A DNA stretch of 64,000 bases from Macrostomum lignano (taxonomy: Eukaryota). Under the pieces are notes generated by a model. That model ran no database searches. It had not been told where the DNA came from and saw only the letters and a list, made by a program, of their open reading frames with translations. How positions within the stretch are numbered: position 1 is the stretch's first letter; each line of letters begins with the position of its first letter. The translations under genes and the position numbers were made by a program. The stretch lies in assembly GCA_002269645.1 (NCBI GenBank), contig NIVC01002792.1, positions 136,603 to 200,602 on the forward strand. The letters run 5' to 3'. Below are positions 35,561 through 46,920 of this stretch, piece by piece.

Positions 35561-37664
35561 TTTCTTTTCTTTTGTTTATTCATTTACTGTCTTTTTAATT
35601 TCCTATTTAATTAGCATTTAATTAATATTTAATTAGTTTCCTATCTAATACCTATTTAAATCGTCGCTATTCGTTTAACGTAAATTTCTTTCAAAGTTCG
35701 TTTTTGTTCATTTTTCGTTCGTTTTTCACGCTTTGAAATATTGCGCGCTTGCAAAATACTATATCTTTTTACAAAAAACGCTCTTTCAAATACCTTAATA
35801 ATTTTACAAATATCGTAACTCACATCGTAACTCGTGTAAAAATTTAACCTTTTGAACAAATTTAACCTTTTGAACTTAATCGTAATTAAACAACTAATGC
35901 TAAAATAACTTAAATACACAGAAATATACTGGCCAAACAGGCTTCTTGCCTGAGCCAACTTACTACTACTACTACTAACAGTCAGTCTCTAATACCTTGA
36001 CTGTTCAAAAAATTTATATAGGCCTGCCAGGTGTTGATGGGCTTGAATCTTATTGTGCTCTATTATTGCTCTGACAATGGCAACAAAGCAGTAGGTTGTT
36101 GGTGTAGCAAGGGCTGTAATTTGAGCTAAAACACCCTCAATTAGTGTTTTCAGCTCCATGCCAAGTGGCCTCATAACTCTCACAGCTTATTCAAGCTGCA
36201 AGGGTTGACAGATAGATGGTGCTGCATATTGAGTTAGGATTGACTCCTATCTCCACTAGTGTTAAGTTGCCTGGATGCCATGGAGCACTACTAGTAGAGG
36301 TTGGACGGGATCCCAATCCATGTCTATGTCTGTGTCTATATACATGTCTCACAGAGATAGAGATAGTGATATAGATACTGTGAGTGCCATCAGCAGAAAC
36401 TGTTCACTTTAAACAAGCAACAAAAACAAGATGTAAACACAACAGCAGACAAAAAGTAGGCAATATTTTACTTTCGCACATTTAATTATTTACTTTGAAT
36501 TAGTGTTAAAGTAGGACATTGTGATCCAACCTTATAAATATTGATAAATGAGTATTGTGTTATATTTTAAAGGCTAAAATTTCATATCAAATCTACAAAT
36601 TTGTTTACTATTCAATATCCTCATGCATTTATTGCTTTTTATAATGTGGATCACAATATCTTATTTAAGCACCAATTTAAGTTGAAAAAAAGTAACTGCG
36701 TAAACCATAAAGTAAAAAAGCCTAAAATCCATAACAAATGTCTCTAGCATTAGCCAATTATTTTTCGGCACTGAAGTCAACAAATGGCAAATTAATCTTA
36801 TACCAAACAATCTTTTCTAGCAAATCAGGTTGTCTATTATCTATTAATTGATTATTATGAAATGCAAATAAATAGAAATTTCTAATCCAATATACTAAAA
36901 TAGAAATCTAATATTTTTATTTATTTATTTTTTTATTTTCAGTTAGGCCCAGCTATTTCATTTCATATGATAAACTTGATAATTAACACTTATAGGCCCT
37001 ATATTTTGTCTAGCATAAGTTTCAACTTTTCTAGATTTTTATGCTAGAATATTTTAGGCCAAGGCCTAGATTATACATTGTTTTTCTCTATTTATTTAAT
37101 ATATAAAATAGATTAAATTAAGACATTAATTGTCTAATGTCTGTCTCCACTAGGGCCTACTATGTTTATAATTACTTTTATATTATTTACTTAAAAGAAA
37201 TTGATTAGTTACTTTTAGCTTTATTGTAAATTCAAAATTTTCTATTTATATGCATTTATATAATAGTAAAAAATAAGACTAATAATATACAAAACATTAA
37301 ACTTAAGGGCCTAGACTAACTTTTTGTTTATGTTATATTGTGTATCTATTCTTTATAGCTGTATATGAATATACAAATATACAAACAACAATATATTTTA
37401 AATTCAAAGACTTGATCCCAATTCCTAGATCCCGATCCTGATTTCAATTTTCTCAATCCCGATCCCGCCTAATAATTTCAATCCTGTCTGACCTCTAGCT
37501 ATTAGTCTAAAGAATCCAGCAGAATCTGCCGGACGCTGTGCTGCTAGAGCTGGCGGCAGCTCTGGTACAATGATAGCTTGCGGTGTCTTAGGCAACATGC
37601 TGGCATCAGCAATGCTAGATAACAATGGCACAGAATGCTGGAATGTCATATTAGAAGGTGCCTG

Positions 37665-37848
37665 CAGTGGTGGATCAAGGCATGTCCCCCCTCCCCAGGC
37701 TGTTATAAAAAACTGTAAGGATACAACCTGAATTTGGCTTCTCCCAGACCCCCCAGTTGGCATCCTAATTTGGTGTCTAGACCCTCAATTGGGCACTCAA
37801 ATGCACAATTAGAGTAATAAAGTTTGCCCCCCTAAAAATTTTTGGATT
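37665..37848. mobile_element. Degenerate MITE with 8-bp TSD
   Basis: Starts CAGTGGTGGATC and ends AAATTTTTGGATT; flanked by GGTGCCTG (37657-37664) and TGTGCCTG (37849-37856). Confidence 0.55.
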
Positions 37849-39380
37849 TGTGCCTGGGTACAAGTATCAAAGTTACTCAACTACCACTGTGAGTAGAATG
37901 TCAGGGTTTGAAATTAAAGTCAAACTATACAGTCTTACCTCCACCAGTGATAGTCTTCTGGATCTTGGTGTTTCAGTGGTCTTAGCTGTAGTGAGTGGTG
38001 CAGTTTGATTGCCTATAAAATATGTTAAGCATAGATTAATCAGAGCCTAGTAGCTCCAGGCATTGACTGCACCTTGGCATCGGCATCATAGGTATTTCTA
38101 ATGCGTTGTCACATTGCACCTCATTCTTGGCAGCTTCACTCTCAGAAGTTGTAACCTGCTGTTAGTATAGAGTGCAAACAATTTAACAATTAAATTGCAT
38201 TTGTTGTCCGTATAGTCTGTCGCCTAAATTCCCAAGATTTTGCTATGGACTTCTGTATACCTGGATGGAAGCAACTTGAAAAATGACCAAAATCCTATAC
38301 CTAAAACATAATACAGAGAGATGGGTGAAATCCTCATGCTCAAATCCCATTAGTTCATAAGTGTAAATGGATAAAAATAGTTGTCCCCATGTGGTAAAGA
38401 CTGAAAAAGCCCCTTGAAACTATACTTTTTTATTCTTTAAAATATAACTTATACCAGTACACACAGGCATGGTTCATTAGCAGTTTGTGTAGAAATGAAA
38501 ATTAAGAAAGGCTATGTTTCCATTTCTTTAGCAAATGACTGAATAATAATGATTGCTAAATTACTCACGTCAATCCTATGTATCTGGTTTTGCTTTGTTT
38601 TATTAATATATTTTTCTTCTCTTTCTAGAGTCGTCAGAGGGCTTGAATTGTTGGCATAGCATCAATGTCCAGGTTTAAGATCACTTAAGGTAGCACTGCG
38701 TTGTACTATTCACTGCAGTACTCCGTGCGCACTTCAATTCTCTCAACATCCAATGATTGGCCCATGCCTCTCCAATTGGCTTCAGTAAAGGACTGATACT
38801 CACCTAGCAGGATATCGTTATGGTCCACTTCTATTACCTTTCCGTCAATTTCAAAAATAAAAATTTAGCAGGGAGCAGTCATTACAAAGAATTTAGAGAT
38901 AAACAAGAACTAAGAGTTTGAAAATTTAAAGAAAATGCAGAGCAGTAAGTAAAACTCTGAAGGACTAATTGTATGGCTCCCCTTCATCCAACCCTCCTCC
39001 TGTGTGCTGATTCGTTGCTGCATTGTCTACCAAACCCCTCCCTGTCTCCTACTCCCAATCCACTGCCCAATTGGCTTCTCTCTACCTTTCTTGCCAGTTG
39101 CTACTTCTCTCCCTTTTGCCACCCTCTCCCTCTTCTGTCTTCCCTACAGTAGAGGCTATATCTATGGTAAAAGCCTGCAATTGCTCCCTGTTTTTTAAAA
39201 GGGACTGGGATTCTGAGAGATTTCTTGCCTTGCTTGCCTTCCTGAGCAATCTTGATTGTTAATCTTAGGCAACAACTTTTCTTGATCATAGTTGGATGCC
39301 TTGCAGCACTTACTAGCATAATTCCAATTGCAATGTTTGACCTGTAGTGCCATTGCCATTTCTATGGTGCCATTTCAGTG

Positions 39381-39615
39381 TCACTTCATTGTCAAATTAG
39401 TTTGCCATCTAATTGCGTGAGCAACTGTCAGAGCCAAAATGAATCACTTCATTATCAAATTGGTTTGCCATCTAATTGTGTCAGCAACTGTCAGAGCCAA
39501 AATGAATCACTTCATTGTCAAATTAGTTTTGCCATCTAATTGTGTCAGCAACTGTCAGAGCCAAAATGAATCACTTCATTATCAATTTCGTTTGCCATCT
39601 AATTGTGTGAGCAAC
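39381..39615. repeat. 63-64-bp tandem repeat, about 3.7 copies, just upstream of the ZNF start codon
   Basis: TCACTTCATT..CAAATT.GTTTGCCATCTAATTG.GT.AGCAACTG at 39381, 39444, 39507 and 39571. Confidence 0.9.
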
Positions 39616-39677
39616 TGCTCCAACCAATGCATGCCCAGTGCAAGACTCAATCGAACAGTTATGCCAGGCACTAAGCT

Positions 39678-42600
39678 ATGTCTGACAGCGATGACCTTGT
39701 AATCCTGAGTCCGCCAACTGCCCGGAAAGGATTTCAAGGCCACCTGCTAATCAGCCCCGAGCGGGTCAAGAAGGAGCCAGCTGTGCAGATTGGCATGGTC
39801 AGGCCCTCCCTGTCAGCAGCATCCACTAGCAATATTAATACTCAGCCAGGTCTGTCAGTTCCTCTACTGAACTCTCAGTCTGTCTCCAGGACTTTGAGCA
39901 TTCCTAGTTCGCGTGTTCCTGTTACCTCCAGGTGAGGAATTTAGTTTAACTGGGGGGTCACAGCATTCCAGGCCCACGGTGGGCTCATTAGAAGTACAAT
40001 AAGTACTGTGTTATCCAAAGCCACCAACCCCCACTCCACCGCAGGCACCCCGCTATCGTATCGGCAGCAGCTGCAGGCGGCCCCAGGCTCAACCCGGCTC
40101 TGCAGACCCCCGGCCCAGGACTGTATTATCGCACTGTGAATCCTCGAGAGCAGCAGCTCGACCCGCAGCCTCATCAGCAGCTCCAGCAGCAGCAAGCAGC
40201 CAAGAGCTCACTAATTCAACCCGGAATGCCTGGCCCTCCAACCGCTCAGCTTCCCGGCCAGCCGGCCAGTTCCTTCGTCATCAACAGCCAGTCTGGGGCG
40301 CCTCGTGTTGACCAGACCGCCCCTGTGCTGCTGGACTCCCGCCTGATCCTGTCTCACGTGTCCCCGCTGGAGAATCACGACTCGCACCAGCTGCTCAACC
40401 AGATCAAGTATCCGCACGAGCCCTCGGCCATTATCAAATGCATCGAGTGCTGCGACCAGTTCTACTTCCGGCACTGCTACCAGCATCACAGGTTTGCTCT
40501 TTGTCTGGGAGATTTGAGTATGGTGGATTGCTAACCTAACCAATTTCAAATGAATTAAAATCCAATGGATTGCTAACCAATCCATTTAATTGCTAATTAT
40601 AACCTAATGGATTGCTAGTCAGTCCGTCCATTTAATGCCCTTTAATCCCTTTCCCTCGTCGCCAGGGAGCGCCAGGTGGTGTCCATCACCTACAACTGCG
40701 AGATCTGCAACCGCAAGCTGGCCTTCTACAACAAGTGCGCCCTGTTCGCCCACGTCCGCACGCACAAGCTGGGCTCCGTTGACCCCAGCAAGCTGACCAT
40801 CTGCAGCCTACCGCTGCCCAAGCTCAAGACCCTGAGCGAGGTCAGCCTGAAGCAGGGAGTGTCCCAGCTGGAGCAGGCGCACGCCAAGTACCAGGAGGCG
40901 TTGAAGGCTCTTAACGCCTGCCTGCCGCCGGGCAGTCAGCAGCAACAGCAGCAGCTGCTGCAGCAGGTCGGCCAGCTCGGCGCCAACTTGAACCTGACCG
41001 GCGCCGGAGCGTCCACTGCGGCCGCCTCAGCGTCCGCCACTACGGCTTCTGCCCCCGCCTCCACAGCTGCCGCTACCGCCGGGCTTCCCGGGACGTCGTC
41101 AGGCAGCGCCGTGGTGCCGATCACCATCGACCTTGAAGAGGGCAGCGGCGCCGGTGGCGGCTCCGACTCCGCTGCCAACTCTGTTGCTGGCGATGTCGCT
41201 GCGACTGTCGCCACCGACATGAGCGCAGCTTCGACTGCCTCTGGGGCGGCCGGCCAAGAGGCCAAGGACTCCCGTCCGACTGCCGTTGTGGAGCCGGCTG
41301 TTCTCCAGGTTGGCGCGGGCTGAATGATATGGGGGAAAGCATGGTGGCGGTGCCAGTCCCACCCAGATCACTCATTCCCCACTGCTCCCCTGTCCCGCAG
41401 TCCCACCCTCATCACTCATTCCCCACTGCTCCCCTGTCCCGCAGTCCCACCCAGATCACTCATTCCCCACTGCTCCCCTGTCCCGCAGTCCCACCCAGAG
41501 CACTCATTCCCCACTGCTCCCCTGTCCTGCAGTCGCTGGTCGTCTTCGGCCAGGGCGACGCCGCCCCGGCCGAAGCAGCGGCCTCCTCGGCTTCAACGAT
41601 TCCTCGGCCGCGCCAGCAGCAAACCTGCGGTGTCTGCGGCGGCTCATTCGACAGTCTGGCCGTCCACCTGGGCGACAGCCTGAAGGAGTGCCCGCTGTGC
41701 AAGAAATTCGTGCCCGACAGCCGCTGCGCCCTCCGAGCCCACTTCCGGCTGCACTTGTCCGCCCCGGGCCCGTGTCCGGAGTGCGGCGAGGAGGTGGCCC
41801 CGGCCACCGCCACCCAGCTGGAGCGGGAGGTGGCCATGCGGGTTCACCTGAGGTCGCAGTGCTTGCACCTGCAGCGCTCCAAGGTGTTCATCTGCCTGAA
41901 ATGCGAGTACCCGCCCAGGGCTTTCTCAGCTCTGAGGCAGCTGGCTGACCACATCATTCACAGTCACACTGAGAAGTTCTTCAAGTGTACCGTGTGCACC
42001 CTGGCCTTCAGGCACACCAACCAGCTGGCTGCCCACCTGGAGAAGGAGCACAACTCGCAGCTAACTGGTATGCGGCTTCTTCTTTAGCGGCCGTTCCCCA
42101 GTACTGCCCCACTGGATATGGTCCTATGAGCATGTCCCATTGACCCTATAGATATGTCCCCATTGATCCTTTAGATAAGATGTGTCCCCATTGATCCTTT
42201 AGATAAGATGTGTCCCCATTGATCCTTTAGATAAGATGTGTCCCCATTGATCCTTTAGATAAGATGTGTCTCCATTGATCCTTTAGATAAGATATGTCCC
42301 CATTGATCCTTTAGATAAGATATGTCCCCATTGATCCTTTAGATAAGATATGTCCCCATTGATACTTTAGATAAGATGTGTCCCCATTGATACTTTAGAT
42401 AAGATGTGTCCCCATTGATCTTCAGGTCCCTTGTTCTTGTCCTATGTACATCCCTCGGTCTTATGGACATGCCACCTCAGTCCTATGTACATGTCCCCTC
42501 GGTCCTATGGACATGCCACCTCGGTCCTATGGACATGCCACCTCGGTCCTATGGACATGTCCCTCTCGGTCCTATGGACATGTCCCCTTGGTCCTATGGA

Positions 42601-43599
42601 CATGCCCCCTTGGTCCTATGGACATGCCCCCTTGGTCCTATGTACATGCCCCCTTGGTCCTATGGACATGCCCCATACATGCGCAACAGTCGGCCGAGTC
42701 GGCCGATCTGGCCGACCGATTTGGCAGCCAACCAAGGAAGTCGCAAAAATACCCACCTGAAAAATTACCCAAGTAGTAGTATTAAGTAGCTGACGAGACA
42801 TTTTGGCTCAATAAGACAGTCATAGTTACTCCTGCCGTTTACCCAAAGTTGCGTTAATTTTGCTTTAGGGTTTTTTACATGTAAGTTGCATTTTTGGCCA
42901 AAAACTACGTCGCATTTTTGTTAAAACTAAGTCGCATGGCCGACCGAATTTTGGAGGTTGCGCCTGTATGACATGCCCCCTTGGTCCTATGGACATGTCC
43001 CCTTGGTCCTATGGACATGCCCCCTTGGTCCTATGGACATGCCACACCAGCTGTCTCTATGCTAACCAGACAAAATGGTTCCAACTGCTGTCCGCAGGCA
43101 AGCCGGCCAAGATCTTCAAGTGCCCTATCTGCGACCTGATCTTCAACGACTCCAGCAACCTGGGCAAGCACCTGCTCACCCACCTGCCCCACCAGCTGTT
43201 CTGCAAGTCTGCCATGGCCTTTCGCTGCCTGGACAGTTGCCGCCAGATCTTCCTGGAGAAGAAGGGCCTCAAGCGTCACCTGAACACCTGCCGCAGCACG
43301 GTGGTCACCGACGCCAACCTGCCCTGTGTGCTCTGCGAAATCAACGTCAGCTTCTTCAACAACGTCGCCGAGCTGCGTTCGCACGAGGAGACCCACCTGA
43401 ACCAAACCGCCGGCGGCTGGTGCCCCAACTGCGAGACCGAGGTGCCCGCCAACCTCCTGGACCACCTGCGCCAGGAGCAGAAGGCCAAGGACATCAAGGA
43501 GGGCCGCATCCAGGAGGAGCAGCAGAAGCAGGAGAAGCCGCAGAAGCAGCAACAGCAAGTGCAAGAGCCAAAGCAGCAGAAACCGGATGCAAAGCAGTC

Positions 43600-43630
<31 letters not shown>

Positions 43631-44397
43631 GTCAAGGTCACGTGCCACTGCGGTCGGGAAATGTCAGGCGCATCCGAGGTGGCCAAGTGAGTCTGGGAGT
43701 CTGAAATTTGAAATTCGAAATTTCTTCGTAAGCAAAGCTTTAAACTAATTAGGTGGCGAGGCATTGACCCACCATAAAGGAGTTATATTTTCTCCCGCCT
43801 TGTACCCATGCAATAACCGTAGCGCATGATTGAAATTGAACACCCATCGCCAGGCACACCTCGGAGGCCGCCCATCCCATCGTGCCGGAGGCCCAGCTGG
43901 TGAATCCGCAGTCGGGCCCCAGCGTGCTGTACCGCTGCCGCGACTGCCCGACTCAGCTGCCCTGCACTGAGCTCACCGAGCACATCTTTGCTCAGCACCC
44001 CGGCCTGTGCTACCTGTGCAACTCAGCTCAGCGCAGCTCCGCCCACCTGCTGGCCTGCCTCCTGGCCGGTGCTCGCATGGAAGGCAGTCAGCTAGACGAC
44101 GACGCCGGCGCCTCGTCCGAGGGCAGCGTCGGCGGCGCGAAGCCGGCCGCCAGGTCGGGGTTCAAGCGGCCAGCCGAGCGGGAGCAGCAACAGCAGCGGG
44201 AGCAGCAGAAGCCGGAGCCGGCCAAGATTGCCCGCGTCTCCTCGTCGGCCGCCGCTGAAGAGTCGGCGTCTCCGCCAGCCTCGGCCTCGGCCGCCACCGC
44301 GACATCCAGCGGCCTGGCCTGCGGCGAGTGCGGCATGCGCTTCCTGACCAAGTCCGCGCTGCAGGTGCACCGGGTGGCCACCAGGCATGATTTGTAA
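39678..44397 (+). CDS. ZNF532/ZNF592/ZNF687-family multi-C2H2 zinc-finger protein, about 1003 aa
   Basis: Phase-consistent exons 39678-39931, 40045-40491, 40666-41308, 41533-42067, 43098-43686 and 43854-44397 (3012 nt). Family-like motifs: CEICNRKLAFYNKCALFAHVRTH; PCPECG...QCLHLQRSKVFICLKC...HIIHSHTEKFFKCTVC. Confidence 0.88.
41355..41532. repeat. 44-bp tandem repeat x4 made of duplicated 3' splice acceptors
   Basis: Each unit ends CCCCTGTCC(C/T)GCAG, with the AG ending at 41400, 41444, 41488 and 41532. Confidence 0.92.
42130..43040. repeat. Adjacent 28-bp (42160-42420) and 21-22-bp (42430-43040) minisatellites in ZNF intron 4
   Basis: Units GATCCTTTAGATAAGATGTGTCCCCATT and GGTCCTATGGACATGCCCCCTT; the latter array is interrupted by the MITE. 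Confidence 0.92.
42674..42970. mobile_element. hAT-type MITE (297 bp) carrying a 28S rDNA fragment, copy 2
   Basis: TIR CATACATGCGCAAC / GTTGCGCCTGTATG; perfect 8-bp TSD ACATGCCC (42666-42673 and 42971-42978). Confidence 0.93.
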
Positions 44398-44591
44398 CTC
44401 CCTGATTGATTGATCGAATCGTCTTGAACTGAATGGGACAGAATTCTGCCCAAGCCAGAGACGCGCAGAAAGAAGCGCGTTAATACTTGAGCGGCTGGTG
44501 GCACCGTTGCGGCACTGTAAAATGCAGAAGTCAAGTCATTCTGATCAATTTTGAAGACTAAATAAACTTGTCAACGCGACAACCATTGTTC

Positions 44592-46080
44592 TTTACCTGT
44601 TTGTCCGAGTCTGTCAGCTGATGATGGACAGACAGGTAGCTGTTTACCTGTTTGTCCGTGTCTGTCAGCTGATGATGGACAGGTAGCTGTTTACCTGTTT
44701 GTCCGAGTCTGTCAGCTGATGATGGACAGGTAGCTGTTTACCTGTTTGTCCGTGTCTGTCAGCTGATGATGGACAGGTAGCTGTTTACCTGTTTGTCCGT
44801 GTCTGTCAGCTGATGATGGACAGACAGGTAGCTGTTTACCTGTTTGTCCGTGTCTGTCAGCTGATGATGGACAGGTAGCTGTTTACCTGTTTGTCCGTGT
44901 CTGTCAGCTGATGATGGACAGACAGGTAGCTGTTTACCTGTTTGTCCGAGTCTGTCAGCTGATGATGGACAGGTAGCTGTTTACCTGTTTGTCCGTGTCT
45001 TTCAGCTGATGATGGACAGACAGGTAGCTGTTTACCTGTTTGTCCGTGTCTGTCAGCTGATGATGGACAGACAGGTAGCTGTTTACCTGTTTGTCCGAGT
45101 CTGTCAGCTGATGATGGACAGGTAGCTGTTTACCTGTTTGTCCGAGTCTTTCAGCTGATGATGGACAGACAGGTAGCTGTTTACCTGTTTGTCCGAGTCT
45201 GTCAGCTGATGATGGACAGGTAGCTGTTTACCTGTTTGTCCGTGTCTTTCAGCTGATGATGGACAGACAGGTAGCTGTTTACCTGTTTGTCCGTGTCTGT
45301 CAGCTGATGATGGACAGACGGGTAGCTGTTTACCTGTTTGTCCGTGTCTGTCAGCTGATGATGGACAGGTAGCTGTTTACCTGTTTGTCCGAGTCTGTCA
45401 GCTGATGATGGACAGGTAGCTGTTTACCTGTTTGTCCGTGTCTGTCAGCTGATGATGGACAGGTAGCTGTTTACCTGTTTGTCCGTGTCTGTCAGCTGAT
45501 GATGGACAGACAGGTAGCTGTTTACCTGTTTGTCCGTGTCTGTCAGCTGATGATGGACAGGTAGCTGTTTACCTGTTTGTCCGTGTCTGTCAGCTGATGA
45601 TGGACAGACAGGTAGCTGTTTACCTGTTTGTCCGAGTCTGTCAGCTGATGATGGACAGGTAGCTGTTTACCTGTTTGTCCGTGTCTTTCAGCTGATGATG
45701 GACAGACAGGTAGCTGTTTACCTGTTTGTCCGTGTCTGTCAGCTGATGATGGACAGACAGGTAGCTGTTTACCTGTTTGTCCGAGTCTGTCAGCTGATGA
45801 TGGACAGGTAGCTGTTTACCTGTTTGTCCGAGTCTTTCAGCTGATGATGGACAGACAGGTAGCTGTTTACCTGTTTGTCCGAGTCTGTCAGCTGATGATG
45901 GACAGGTAGCTGTTTACCTGTTTGTCCGTGTCTTTCAGCTGATGATGGACAGACAGGTAGCTGTTTACCTGTTTGTCCGTGTCTGTCAGCTGATGATGGA
46001 CAGACAGGTAGCTGTTTACCTGTTTGTCCGTGTCTGTCAGCTGATGATGGACAGACAGGTAGCTGTTTACCTGTTTGTCA
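44592..46080. repeat. 44/48-bp minisatellite, about 32 copies, intergenic
   Basis: Unit ACAGGTAGCTGTTTACCTGTTTGTCCG[A/T]GTCT[G/T]TCAGCTGATGATGG(ACAG). Confidence 0.97.
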
Positions 46081-46920
46081 GCTGGTGTCTCAACTCACGA
46101 AGAAGATCATACATGTAACGCCCGCCTGCTGACTTGAATGCGCGGGCGATCACTGCACAGCTGTTTGAGAAGAGGCCTCTTGGCTGGGTTCAAGCCGAAT
46201 CCAGTAAAAGACCTGCAAGACAATGTGACGCAATGAGACTCCTGGAATACGCGGCTCGGCTCCCATAGACCGGCCGGATTCTCCCCGGCAGTCCCAAGAG
46301 GCCGGCCACAATGGTAAATCATCGCGTCGCTCCGCCGGCAGCAAATCATGACTGTTTCATGAGGCAGGCGAGGCGGTAGGTGCGGGCGAAATTAAATAAA
46401 TCACTGCGCCCCAGCTGCCCCACCCCGAGTTTCTTACAAGCTACTGGTCCCCCCAGACACAGATTTGTCTAAGCTTTCAGCTTCTGCGCCCCATCACTGA
46501 GAGCTCTCCGCTCTTCCAGCCGCTGCCCGGAGTCGCCACCGATGTCTCCAAGGGGACTCGGCGAGCCACAATTGGATTATGGGTGGCTTGTGAGAAGGGC
46601 TTGTAAATTGTAGCTCTTTGCCTAATTCAGCGGCTTGTGTGGCGGCGGCCTGGCCAGCGCCTTGGCCTGCCTCTGCCGCGGAATTGCCGAGCAAATTGGC
46701 GGGCATTGGCTCTCATTCAGCCAATAAGGCGGAATCAATACCCGGCCCGCCTGGCCCGCCTCTGATTGGCTGGGCCGCCTGCCTGCCCATCATCTGCGCA
46801 GCGTACATTCATAATGCGATTCCCTCGGCCTCGAGTCCCGCAATAACTCTGCGCGGACTCACCGCCGCCCTGCTACTGGGAGCCACAGGCCAAGGCAGGC
46901 AGACAGACAGACAGCCAAGG

